A DNA stretch of 63,381 bases, the filler included, from Reticulomyxa filosa (lineage: Eukaryota > Protista > Foraminifera), in the NCBI GenBank assembly GCA_000512085.1. It is 11 parts of 11 records of this genome, joined end to end, with 100 filler letters (N's around TTAATTAATTAA, not from the genome) between each part and the next. Parts side by side here need not be neighbours in the genome. Positions count along the whole stretch, not along the records: positions 1 to 19,054 come from ASPP01000760.1; positions 19,155 to 30,208 come from ASPP01012027.1; 9 more parts are not named here. The stretch is one strand, 5' to 3'. This document shows positions 12,901 through 25,750 of this stretch, piece after piece. The notes below the pieces were generated by a model that was given only the letters and a program-made list of their open reading frames with translations, did not search any database and had not been told where the DNA came from. How positions within the stretch are numbered: the first letter of the stretch is position 1; every line of letters begins with the position of its first letter. The position numbers were made by a program, and so were the translations under genes.

Positions 12901-15900
12901 TTTCAAGAAAGATATCGGCAAACTTAAAAAATTAAAATTTTTTAAAATTAGAAACACATTGGACAAACCTGCATCGTCCTGATTGACTAAATACAGAAAA
13001 TTTTTGGATTGTTGCCATTGCTTGCACAAATAAAACTCGTCCTCTCCTTTGCTCTCATCGACATCATCTTGGTTGTGCGCGTACAATCGACAGGAAAGAT
13101 CCGTGCTGATCGCAATAACCGACTTGGTAACTTCGTGTTTAAAGCGCAAAGGCCATTGTCGGCTTTCCTCGTCTTCATTCCGTAAAAAAACAGAGTCACT
13201 CAAGGGAACAAACTGATTAAATAGATACTTGTAAAAAGCAGTTTGATGCAATGGAGAAGCTTGTTCAATTTTTGGACAACAAGTTTTCATAATTTCAGTC
13301 ATTTCTGCGGGCTGCAGATCGACCATTTTTTTCATGTCAGGATCTTTGTCCCTATTGTTTTTATTGGTTTATTTGTTCGTCTGTTTTAATTGTGCACAAG
13401 ACAATACATGCAATCAAATTTTTTTTTTTTTTTTTTGCAAACTTTAAATTTCCAGCATTGAATTCTTTCATCCATTTGATTGCAAACCGAGCTTCTGGAC
13501 CGAATACGTACGGATTGGTTTTTTTGGACACTTTTACAATAGGAAGCTTTGCCGAAGAGAATACTGTATGCAATACCTTTTTGTAATCGTTATCAATTCC
13601 ATTCAATTTAAAAGGCATTTCAATTAAAAAGGCCATGTTCGTATTGACATGGAAACATTGTGATGCCAACACTTTCAATGTTGTGTTGACATGCTGCAAA
13701 AATAACAGCTCAAAAAAAAACGTATTTGCTGAAGCTGAAATACAAGAGGAAATATCCAAATGATATACTACCAGATTATCAACATGATAATTGAGTTTGA
13801 AACATTTGGTTTTGATATCAATTAAATTGTTTTGCACTTGCTCCTCAATTGTGCAAGGATGATGCCTCCAAAGCCCTTCCATTATACTTTTCCAATCCAT
13901 TGTGCCACTATTGAGTGCGATGCGCACTGCTTGCACCTTTGGATTCATACTTCGAATTGATTCAATATCTTGTTCAATCTTGAAGCTTTTGCCCATACCA
14001 ATTTGGTCAGAGATATACAATTGCACAAATGGCTTGTTGTTGTTGTTGTTGTTATTGAGATTGACAGAAGAATTTTGCAAAGCAAATGCTTTCAAATCGT
14101 TACAATACAATTGCTGAATTAAGAGATTTGGAGTCTGTTCGTTCATGGCAATACGCTTAGACAAGCGAAAGGGATTCAGTTTTTGAGATAGCATATTGTC
14201 GAGCGAGTTTGACATAACAATTAATAGATACGGAATTTTTTTTAGGTCGTCCAACGCTTTTTGACTTAATAACAAATTATGAAATAACTTGGTAACTGGC
14301 TCCAATGTTTCAAGTGGTAACATTTCCGGCCACATTAAGCAATACAATGAAGGGTGGGCTTGATTGGCCGAAGTAATGGCTCGGAACAGCAAGCATTCGA
14401 TTTCCTCTTCCGTCGTATTTTCTTTGCATATTAAAATGTGCTCGATACGAGGAGTGACTCCAAAATTTCTGAACAGCTCTAAAATATCAAGCATTTTATC
14501 ATAATCTTGAATTATTAAATTAGGTTTGCTATATTCAAGTCCGCAGAAGGGTTTATTACAATATACGTCATTAGAGTGTCTCAAATTAGTCCAAATTTTG
14601 GAAAACACAGCTCCGAATTGACTCAATACCTTATCCCCTTGTGCAGGTTCACATTCCCATTTTTCGACAAAAGGTAAGACATTGGAGAGAGTGGAGTCAA
14701 TACGTTGCAAAAATGGTAAAATAAATTTGGAGCAAAGTATTGCTCGATGTTCTTGGGCACAGTTTATAATATCATTTAATTTTTGAGAAAGACAACGTAC
14801 TTCATTGAATGTAAAGTAATTCAATATTGGATACTCTTTCCTAAATTTCACACATTCATTTTGCCAATTTTCTAATCTTTTTTTCCATTCGCTGTGCAGA
14901 TCTTTAAACTCTGCCAATGTCTTTTTCACGGACAAATGCAACTTGTCTGTCGCTTGTCGGCCACCTTTCCTCCAAAACATCGCTCGTAATGTTTCAATAT
15001 CCTTGCACACTCCAAACTTTTCAATCAGACTCTGTATCTTTTTCAACTCCTTTTCTTTGGAAAATCCCAATAATACACGATCAATGGCCTGTTCAAGTTG
15101 ATCGCAATTCAGTGTTTGTGATTTACTTTGATCGTTGATGGCTCCAATTTGCAAGATGAGCCTTTCACTTGTCTGTCCTTTCTCTTGCAATACTTGGTCG
15201 CATCCGGCAAAAGTCCATTGGGCATTTTGCGTTGCCTTTTCCAATATACGAAGGCTTTGAGAAGCTTGAAATCGATCTGCTTCATCGACAAGCAAAGAGA
15301 TACGATACAGATTCTCGCTGCAGCACTTTTTAAATTTGGCAGTGAAATCATTATCACGTTTGTGAATTTCCAAAATTGCTTTTGCAACTTGACTTGTCTC
15401 TTTTAAATCGGCATCCCAAATATGCTCGCGGATATTTTCATTGACTGCACGCAATGCACCTACCAATTGTTGGAAGTGGATTTCATTGCAATTGTCCAAT
15501 GTTTCCATTGTGTTTGCAAAATGCTCTTTGTTTGCAAAGTTTTGATTGGTTGCCAATTGTTTGATCAAGCCTTCATCATGTTTCGTAATCAGATCCAACA
15601 ATGTCTCACACTCCGAAACTTTATCACCAAAGCATCTCATGCATTCGTCATAACATGCGGACAAGTATTGAAGTGAAGACTCTTTACCTTCAATTGCGTT
15701 AACACTGTTCCGCAATGACTGCACAAAACGATACCAAGTGTCATCGGTTTTTATTGTGCAATTTAATTTGTGATATTTTTTTAAAATTTCGGTGGCTTTT
15801 TCCAGCTTTGTCCAGGGAATCACCATTTCTTTTAATTGTTTACTCTTTTCACATTCTTTACAGAAATCCTTTGCCATCAATTGCCTTTGTTGCTCAGACC

Positions 15901-18900
15901 AGCTTGGAAACAAAAACTTCAATTCCGAATGCAAATCATCTCCTTTGAACCATCTCAAATCTTCCACAGAATGTTTTTTTTCTAGCCTCTGTATCAACTC
16001 CCTCCATTCTTTGCTTACTTGAGAATAAAGTTTGTCAATACTCAATTTTTCTTGCTTTTTCATTTCTTCTCGACGCATACTCCATAACCTTTTAAACGCA
16101 TAGCTGTCTTGCATATTTGCCAAATGTTCCATTATGTCTTTCTGTTTTTGATACATCTTATGTTCATTCTGATATCTCTGACTTGCTTTTGGAAATGACT
16201 CCAAATCCCAATTGCTACACAAATTACCAAATTCGTTTAACCGTGCAGAGAAATCATTACGTGTCATATAATTTGTCAACAACATTTTATACAACGGCTT
16301 CAACCACACAAAATTTCTGTAGTCTTCCAACATGGTCCATAATGCATTGACTCTGTTTTTTGCAGTCTTGTTGTTTTTCCATCTAGGCAAAGATTGGCTT
16401 ATGGTTTCAATGTTACGTGCGTTGTCATCACGATGAAGAAGCTCGCATACACAAAATGTAATTGACTTATTTTCAATCATTACAAACAACTCCTCTAATG
16501 TCATTTCCACAAAGTTCTGCAAGTGTTTCAATCTTTCTACTTTCTTTAATCTATGTCCAAGCAATGGCAGCCATGGAATACACAAAAAGCAATACTCCAA
16601 ATGACATACCAATTTGTTTTTGTTTACTTTTTCTTCATTGTCCTCGCTTTCTTCATCTTCGTGTTCTTTCTTTTCCTCGATTGCATTCTTGCCTTTGTTG
16701 GCATCTCCTTTGCTTATACTGGACTCCATTTGAACGGGAAGGTCCACAATCACTTTAAATATTTCGTTCAATAATTTCAAATCAGTACATGTCCGTGCTG
16801 GCTCCAAAAATTTTCGCATTGACTCCAAAGATTTGTTGCTCCATTTCTGTTGGCTTAGCAATATTGTCTCTTTTTTCTTTTTAATTTCAGTTAAAAAAAT
16901 GTCTTTGTATTCACCGGGAAGACTCCAAAATCCTGAATGAGATATGAAATACATAAGCCGTCGAGGAGGATCAATATTTTTGCCTATCAAGTTGTCGCTT
17001 ATCCAGTCAATCAAACTTTGGGCCAACAAGTTTTTCAAAGTGTCTTTTTTTTCTTTTTGCGCTTGATACGTAAACAATTTCAGCCACAATCCGAAAGAAC
17101 TCTCATTTGATAGAAGACGCTTTTGCAATCTCTCAAACGCATCCTTGGCTGGTCTTTCAACAGATATATGACCAAATGAACAAAGTACACCAAAAATAGC
17201 CTTTAATGTATACGCGTCATAAATCATTTCCGTTTTGTCAATGTAATAATCCAGTGTTTGCAATACACTTTCCCAACCTTGCCAAATCACATCTTTGTGT
17301 CTCAGCATAAAATAAATGAAAGCAACGAAATTCTTATTTACTTTAACCACCGTATTTCGAAATTTATTGTCATCGAATATGTTCAACAATCTTTTGCGGA
17401 CTTGTTCATCCTTTAGCATGTCTATGATTTGAGGTCTCTCTACAAACTGGCTCCATTTTCCAAATTCCTGTTTGTACAAATTGCAAATGATGTGAACGAA
17501 TTTCGAGTCTTGGTTTATCCACAGTTTGATCCACGTCTCCATCGTCATAATATCTTTATTAGATAGCAAAAGATTCAATATCTCTTCGGATAGACTGTCA
17601 TTTTTTTGAAAATACAATATTTGCATTAAATATTCCACTGCGCATAATCTTGCATTAATATTGAGTAAACATCGAATTTGTTGATCCATCTCGACAACTT
17701 CTACATACCTTGCAGCGATATGCGGCACTTTGTTAAAAAGTTGGAGGTCGAAACTTTTCAAAAGCTCATTATTTGCTTGTGCGTTACAACTGCTTGCCAA
17801 AAGATTGAAACAAGGAATCAACATAAACAATTGAAAACCCTCTGCTTTGGCATGCTCCTTTTCCCCACGTATATTATGTTCCAAGTCACTCCAAAACACT
17901 TTTCTCGCAGTTTCAATTATGTTGCGTGTTTGTGTTGTCACCACACATTTCAACGCAACAAACAACTGCGGTGGAGACAGATATTGTCGTTGCTCTTCAA
18001 GTTGTTCATTTACAAATATAATTTGACAGATCATTTTTTTGCAAAAAAAGAAAAACCAGATTTGTACATTTACATATATGTATATATATACGTATACATA
18101 AGTCTTAACTAGTTTAATGTTTGCTTCGTTTTTATCAAACTGACTTATTATTCTTTGAGATATGCTTTGGAGATCTTTGATAGGCTTTTGAATCACTTCG
18201 ACCATATCACGCATAGCTTGCTGTGCAAATTGAAGTGACTCATTGTCGCCAATGCTTTCTATTAGATGACGAACCACAAAGGTATCTAGGGATTGAGAGT
18301 TATTTTGCACAATGCTATCTTGGAGATCGAACAAAATCTTCCGAGCTTCTAGCAAGTAACCTTGCGTTTTCAATTCAACAAAATAGGCACACTTGTGAGT
18401 CTCAATGTCAATGGATGTGCGTAAGGTGTGATATTTAATATCAACAGTCCAAAAAGTGTTCTTTTTTACTCGAAAATCATTCATGTACAAAAACGTAGGG
18501 TTATCGCTTGCGGGTTTCATTTGATACCATAACTCTACGTAAAAAAAAATTTTTTTTATCCAATAAAGAGCTACTCCAAAAAAAAAAAAAAAAAAAACTT
18601 TTTGGAATCACGACAATCGGCGTGTTTGTATCGTCTGGCTTGATTTCACGACAGAAAACATAAATTCTCACAATCTTGAAAGTATCATCGTTGACATATC
18701 CACTTGCGATGGCAAAATTTGCTTGTGCCTCACAACAGTCCATTTTCTCTTCAAGGAAAATATCGTCACACTTTTGTAACAAACATTGGCGATTGCTTTC
18801 TTCGGTCATCTCATGAAATTCATCCACGACTTTGAGCAGCTTCACGAGTTCTTCATTTTCTCCACTAGCATTTGTAAAATTTGTCTTTTCGTCGTCGTCG

Positions 18901-19054
18901 TCGTGTTTATCTTCTTTTGCATCTTGATTTCGTCTTGAAGAAGACAATGCACGCAACAGTGGATTCGGCGCTTGGCATGGCTTGCAAATGCATCGCACGA
19001 GTATCTCTTTGGCCAAATCCAATTGAATGGCTTTCTTTTTCCACATCACTTGCT
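3996..19054 (-). CDS. RNF213/mysterin-like giant AAA+ ATPase - RZ-finger E3 ubiquitin ligase (5' truncated, >~4,700 aa, multi-exon)
   Basis: RNF213-like motifs occur in the expected order: ISDQIGMGKS, VVYHLDISS..FFFELLFL, YVLTYDNILKM, GETGCGKT (Walker A, ~12360-12383), FLDEIN, AACNPY, VYRVYPL, VSLRDVSRC, GKPGTSKT (~11414-11437), LLLDEIGLAEHSKHSPLKVLH, GISNWPLDAAKMNR, FFGARDFY, RNFGG, YESLYDMLNQ, AFLNRFEK, LPSMPE, the RZ finger (6156-6260) and C-terminal FFP. Frame-preserving GT-AG introns: 18535-18598, ~18000-18110 (uncertain), 13352-13442, 12898-12968, 12671-12757, 10240-10327, 8779-8872, 7907-7997, 6681-6758, 6401-6488, 4486-4553. Frameshifts at 10860-10865, 6891-6893 and 4685-4692. Confidence 0.92.
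6156..6260 (-). other. RZ-type (RNF213/ZNFX1) zinc finger within the giant gene
   Basis: CPNMHPFIINNCGHPIERVICTVDGCGREIGDKTH matches the RZ pattern CPxxHx6CGxPx5Cx2-4Cx3IGx3H. Confidence 0.9.
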
Positions 19055-19154
19055 NNNNNNNNNNNNNNNNNNNNNNNNNNNNNNNNNNNNNNNNNNNNTT
19101 AATTAATTAANNNNNNNNNNNNNNNNNNNNNNNNNNNNNNNNNNNNNNNNNNNN
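19055..19154. other. Artificial contig-joining spacer (N44-TTAATTAATTAA-N44; stops in all six frames)
   Basis: The identical 100-bp motif also occurs at 30209-30308, 37698-37797, 38815-38914, 41180-41279, 49925-50024, 51599-51698, 54361-54460, 58585-58684 and 60506-60605. Confidence 0.98.
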
Positions 19155-19887
19155 GGGGGAGAGGTAGAACGGCAATGAAGACAACGGAGATAATATAAAC
19201 AAACTTAATCTTGCGCTTATCATTGGTATTTATAATGTTGATCGGCCTTCTTTCCACTTGCGAGTGACGCCTCTTGCCTATGAAATTATGGCCTGCATTT
19301 GCATTGGCGCTGCCCTTGTCACATGTTTTCAGTTTGGGCAAAGGCTTCTTGGACAGGTCATTGCCATAGAGAGAAGCAGATGATGAAGGAGGCCGAGGCG
19401 GAGGCGGAGGGGGAGGTGGAGGGGGAGTAGATGAAGGGGGTGGCGGTGGAGGAGGTGGAGGAGGAGGAGGAGGAGAAGTAGATGGAGGAGGGGGAACAGG
19501 ACGTGAATATGGATATGGATATGGGTATAGTTGGATATGTGGATGTGACATGGAATGTGAATGCGAGTGCAAGCGTGAACGTGAATGAAAGTTGGAGTGA
19601 GATGTCGATATACTATACTCTTTATCGTTCTCTTCTAATGTTGATCGATCATTGTCATCCAACAGGCTTATATAATTGGATCCACATGGGGATTTCTCTT
19701 TTATTGTTTTAATTGGCTTTCCATTCCATTTGTTATTCAAACATATCGGCTCCATTTCATTCGTACTTAATATACTTGTCTCTGGTATCGTTGTTGTTGC
19801 TTCATTTTTTATCTTTCCGATTATCGCTTCACTTACATTCTTCTGTGTGCAGTCACGTTTTTTAGTAAACACAACTCTCTTATTCAA
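19155..19887 (-). CDS. Hypothetical proline-rich protein (poly-Pro tracts, HS/YP repeats); 3' end cut by the contig edge
   Basis: ~240-codon ORF with poly-Pro tracts encoded by mixed codons. Confidence 0.55.
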
Positions 19888-20415
19888 AGCACATTTTAGT
19901 CTCTCAAAAGCACAAGGTTAGCCAAAAATAATTAATACATAGACATTGATTGTCAACTGAAAACATTGCTACGGAACAACCTTATGAAATGCTAGAGTTT
20001 TTCGTTCCAGTAGAGAAAGATTTTTCTTGCTAAGTTTCTAATCACTCTTTTTAATACTGTAACTACTTTGTTGTGTCTTAGGATAAGGAATAACTGCTTC
20101 ATGCTATTTCTAAAGAACTGAGAAACCACAACTGTTCGTGTTGGAGAAAAATTGAAACATTGCGGTAAATTAAAAGTTTTTATCAAAATACTAAACTTTT
20201 GTTATCCATGTTTTAAACCAAAATACTATTTCTGACAAAAATAATGTAATTGTGAGATTATGTGCACAGACGTATATTTCCTTTTGTGTCTGTTTTAAGT
20301 AAATTACGGGTAAGAAAACAGGTTGACAATTTTTGGGGACTTTTGGTGCAATAAATGACTTCATTAAAAAGTAAAAAAGATAGTGACAGAAATCGAAAAA
20401 ATAAACAAATATCCA

Positions 20416-22574
20416 ATGTCCCAAATTGCAAAATGTAACTTTGTTTTCTTTAACTGCACTTGTAACATTTTGCAGTAGACAGAGGAAGAGAAAACTATCA
20501 AACAAAACTATGTAAAAACATACAAAATAGATGTAAAAATATGTGCAACGACGTTGTGTGGGCCGTGTGTGACAAAAAAAAGCCATGCCCTTGTTGCAGA
20601 TCATGTGTGAATAATTTTCTCTGTGTTGAAATTGAGACACAAGTGTTTAACAAAGGGTTTAATCGTTGTTTGTATCTTTTGTGTAAATTTGGATAAAAAG
20701 GCTATGAAAAGGAATGTGCGAACATTAGCAAGATATATTGTGAATTTTGTGGCATTTACAAAGAAGATAATGAAAAGCATGAGCCGAAAATTATAAACTT
20801 GGATTTAATGTCGCTGTATACAGAGATTACTGATTCACTAATGTATTTATCAAATGTAAACGTTTTCATTATCATAATTTTTTTATGTTTCTGAAAAAAA
20901 GAGACATTTACATGGAGTGACTCTAACACTTTCCATTGATTATCGTAGGAATTATAAAAAAAAGAAAATAGGCAAAGAATCAACAGCGTCGACCGCAAGC
21001 AACCGTTCAATCGACTATCATTATCCTGATGTATTTAAACGGGTACAGTCATCACAACTACAATCGCAATCTAATTCAGTAGATGAAAAATTGGTTGATG
21101 ATGATACGCCTGAATATGATACAGCTGGGATAGGCATCTGTTTTGTACTGACCGAAAAAAAAATAGAGGGAGTGTTTGTTACGCGTAAGTAATGCATGGT
21201 ATATTACACATGTATTAAAAAAAAAAAAAAAAAAAGCAATACAATTTCAAAATCCGCTCTATAAGACGATTAAACTGTCACCACGAAGCAGGCAACAGAT
21301 GTTGGAATATGCACTGGGACTGTGCTACGGTGCAGGAATAGGAGATTCAATAGGCAGTTATTTCATATCATCACAGGGAGTGATAAATCAAGGAAGATTG
21401 AATGACGCGATGGAAATGAAGGGAGGGGGAATGAGGTACGGCAAAGAGATTCGAAGTGGCCAAGTGACTGATGATACAGAAATGGCACTTTGCATTGCTC
21501 GAGGTTTAATTCGCATGATTCAGGAACGCAAGAACGCCGAAGTACAGAGCGTTACTATGAAATATATTGCAGATGAATATTATATATGGTGGCATAGCAA
21601 TCCTGTTGATGCCTCAAGTGAATCCATGGAAAGGGCTTTCAAGAAAAAGATATCTATCGACGAAATACGCAAGATTGCACTCGAACACAATGAAAAAATT
21701 TGCAAAATGTTCGACCCAAAAGGAGATGCGAGTAATGGAAGTTTGATTCGATGCATGCCATTGATTATTTATGGTTAGTTTTTCTTTTTTTAGCTTGTTT
21801 CAATTAATAACAATATTGCATATATGTCATTTTTTTTTAATAGCAATCCGCTTACAGCCACTCCAAACTTTTAATATTATGCGATTAGAAAGCTCTTTGA
21901 CGCATGCCAGTTATTTAATATATTACAGTGTATGTGCTTACGCATTGACTGCTCAATATTTAATTCGACACCCGGAACAACGAGAACGTAACAAATTAGC
22001 TGTCCATTACGCAGAAAAATTTTTATCAGATTGTAAATCCAATACCCCTCAGCCAAAAGATTCACTCGTACATAAATCAGCAATTGAAGAAGTTGAAAAA
22101 TGGATTAAACAAACAAGGGATGTGGCAGATAAACATATTCAAAAATTGAGTACCCAGGGTCTTGACCCAAAAAAAAGCTTCGATCATCATTTGTATCCAA
22201 AATTGGAAGAAATTCGATTATTTAGTAGTCATATCATAATCAGTTTACAAAGGGCTTTCTACCACTTGCTAAAAGCGGATGAATTTGAAATTGCAATTAA
22301 GTCCACCCTTGGTGTCGGTGGCAATACTGACAGCAATTGTTGTGTTGTGGGTGGTTTGCTCGGTGCTTTCCATGGAATCACTAAATTAGACAAATGGAGA
22401 CAAAAAATCGACAACAGTAAAGTACGTTCCAGTAGACACATATATCAAGCCAAATATTATAAGGACTATGTTCCTTATTTATTTGATAATTCTCTTGATC
22501 CAAATAATTACAAATTAGAAGATAATAAGATTTCTCCTTACGATAACAAGAAATTCGCTGAATTTGAACTGTAG
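20416..22574 (+). CDS. ADP-ribosylglycohydrolase (ARH/DraG family) domain protein with a probable N-terminal RING-like Cys-rich finger
   Basis: ARH motifs GAGIGDSIG, GQVTDDTEMALCIARGL, SNGSLIRCMP, SSLTH and GGNTDSNCCVVGGLLGAFHG lie in 21237-22574 (intron ~21774-21843). Upstream exons from ATG 20416 can be spliced to give CKNIQNRC..VC..PCPCCRSCYEKEC..YCEFC. The ARH call is strong; the 5' exons are less certain. Confidence 0.85.
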
Positions 22575-22981
22575 GAAAAAGAGTAAAAAGTTGCACTTGT
22601 TGTCAGTTTTTAACAAAGTCAAATAAAGCGCAAGTAAACCTACGCTTCAACAAAAATCCAAGATGAAAAGGGCAAAAAAAAACATTTTTTTGAGTTCACA
22701 AATAACAAATTTTTTCTTCGAATGATGCCGCACTGCACGAAACAAAAATCAAAACAAAACATCTGAATAGAAACACTCAAAAACTGCCAAAAAGTGGGGC
22801 AATTTTTGGCCAAATATTGTTATTGGAAAACTGCAATTTGACTTTTACATAACAAGAACCATTGGACAAAACAAACACAAAAAGCCGACATGTACAAGAC
22901 GTAACAATATCACTGAGTTTTTTTCGAGCTTGAAATTTGGATGTTTTTTTTCCTTTTCAGAATGATATTGCTTTAATTTAT

Positions 22982-25750
22982 TATCTTCTAATTGGTTTTT
23001 GTAATATCGTCCAATAACAAACGTGTAATTTCTTTGCATTTTTCAGTTTGGAGTAAAATGTTGATGACACGACTGTGAAACACAATTTCTCATATTATTT
23101 TGTTTGAGTTAATTGTTTTAAGACAACTATCTCAACTTAAGACGATTAATTTCGTTGTTGGTGCGCTGAATCAATTTTAATTTGGAATCTGCAGTATGAT
23201 TCAATTGCTTTTTTAATTCCTCTACATGCACTGTCATTTGTTCTATTTCGTTTTTGTTATTAGATCCACTCTTTTCTTGTCGAACTTTTTCTTCAACGCG
23301 CTTTTCTAATTGTTGGGCTTGTTCTTTGCTCTCTTGCAATTGTTTTTCTACTGCTTTTTTTTCTTCTTCTAGTTTTTTGAGCCTTTCCTTCAAGTTCTGT
23401 ACCTCTTCTTTTGTCTCCTAGGATGTACCACAATTCAAAGATAATTTAAACATTGACGTAGTACAAACACTTTCGAAACTGCAATAATAATTGTCGGGTC
23501 ATCAAAACCTAAATTTGGAACTGGGAGAGATGATTCACGGCGGTGATGTGTCTGTATTATTGTTACTTTTTCGTAATACTGGTCAATCGGTAAAAAAAAA
23601 GACACAAAGATACAGCAAAATATCTTTCACAATCAACAAACAACTCAAATTAAACTTCCGTTTTTTCTGGAATAGGAGCAGCTTCTTTTCCTTTTTGACG
23701 ACCAGCTCGGTCCACCTACCAAAAATATTGTATTTTTGTTATACTGTCAATAAAAATAAGAAAAACAAAACTTTTCTTCGAGCTTCATATTCAGCATTTT
23801 TTGACTTTTCAGTGTCTTCATCAGACAAGTGTCCCTTATCTCCAACCGCTTTCATTAATGATTGTTTTCGTTGATGTATCCTACGCTCTTCTCGCGTAGC
23901 GTCATCTTCACTGTTATTGTCATGTTCTGAAGCAAAGAGATTTTTTGGAATGGCAACAGATTCTTTTCTGGCTTTTTTGGCTCTTTCTTCTCGAATTTTT
24001 CTTGCCTCTTCTGTATTTGCATAATCAGACTCAAACAGTCCTTTTGGAACTGCCCCTGATTCTTGGCGGTTGTGTTCTTTCTCCTGGCGCGCTTGGCGTT
24101 TCATTTTAGCCTCGTCTGTATTTCTCAATTCTTCATCCAATTTTTGGGATTTACGCCGTTTATTTGGCTGACAATTGTACATTCACATCAATTGCACGAG
24201 TATATAAAAAAGTTACATCGCAATGATCACCTCACAAGACGTGATTTTTTTTTGATATAACATACTCGACCATCCTCTTGCTGACCGTCTAATGTGTCAT
24301 TTTCATCAGCATTGGCTTGAGCATCGTCCTGACAATTGTCATTTTGTTTAATTGTTATCACGACCATAATAATAATAATTTAGTAAATATTATGTTATTG
24401 CCACAGTTGCAGTGTTTTTTTGTCAAAAATATGTTTTGGGATATTTTTGACGAAAACATTTGCGGGTTGCATAACTTCATTGTCGTCTTCTTCATTGGCA
24501 TTTTGGCTTGGATTCCAAAAACCATCGGGTTGAGCAACCGACGACTGTTGTCGGCGATGTTTTTCCGCTCTTTCTTCACGTTTGCGTTGTGCCTTTGTCC
24601 CAATTCATTGCAAATTCCAACAGATATTTTCATACATTACATTTTGTTACATTAGTCAGTGATGTGTTGCACTTAAGACAGCCCAAAAAGAATAAAATAA
24701 AAACTAACCTCGGGGCTCATTGCGTCAGGATGGATATCATTGTCATTGCCTGAATCTAGTGGATTCGATTGTTCTAGTAATGCTGCATTTTTCGCTAATT
24801 TGGCTAAATACAGTGCTTGACGATTTACCGTGTCAAGCTGATTTTACAAAAAAAAATAAGAAACACTTTCAATAGCTTATTATTAAAAAAACGAACGAAA
24901 TACTTATTACCAATGCAAAATTTTCGGTTCTTAAACTATGGTTCTCATCTCTAAGTTGATTCACCAATTCCTGTTTCATTTGTTTATTTAATTATTTATG
25001 TGTGTATCTGTTGGCTTATTCAGTTGTTTTGATCAAAATAATTGCATCAAAAAAAAAAAAATTAAATAAAGCAAATCCGAGAGAACTAAATTACAATTTT
25101 TTTAAAATAAAAAATGTTAATATGAAAAGTTTCTAGCTCAACCCCTTTTCGCTCTCAGACCTCCCCTCTTTTTTTATTAACTCTCAAGTCAAAATTTTCC
25201 AAAATTGTTCGCTGTGCTAATGCTTCTGCTTTTCGTCGCAGTTCCTTGTCTTCAAAGGGCGTGTTATCCACTCGAGCGGAATCCTGAGGAAGTCCCAAAT
25301 GGAAACGCAACATTAAATTTTCTATCACATTCTCTTTGTCTTGGATTAAAGTTCGCATGCCATTCAAATGCTCTTGTAGATATTTCACCTTTTTTTTACA
25401 CAAATAAAAAGCTTGACTATTACAAAAAGTTCAAAAACACGTATACAAACTCCCTACCCATACACCCCTCCTCATCCCCCTTTTTTATGTTGGTCGCTTA
25501 CTTGTTCACGGTAAATCTCATTTGCTCTTTCTGCCAGTTGTAATTTCCTTTCAATCGGCATCTCTTGATTTAATTCATTGCCGTCTGGTGTTTGAAGTTC
25601 CGTGTCTCCACGTGGGGTCTCGTAGGGCTGCCAGAAGTCCATAACAGAAAATCCACATGACGTTTCATATAAGCAAAACTAAGATAAAATCATTTTCTCT
25701 TTTCAACAAAAAACAAAACATTACTCAACTGTTTCAGCGTTGTCGTTCAT
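22982..25750 (-). CDS. Multi-exon coiled-coil protein of unknown function
   Basis: E/K/Q/R-rich exons (25155-25403, 23739-24182, 23127-23420 and others) are separated by GT..AG introns. There is a short internal repeat (ESGAVPKGLFESD / ESVAIPKNLFASE). Boundaries are approximate. Confidence 0.6.

Noticed and set aside
20690-20700. In-frame TAA in the Cys-rich region as evidence of stop-codon reassignment
   Set aside because: It falls inside a plausible GT-AG intron. Confident genes end in TAA, TAG and TGA, and long exons have no internal stops.
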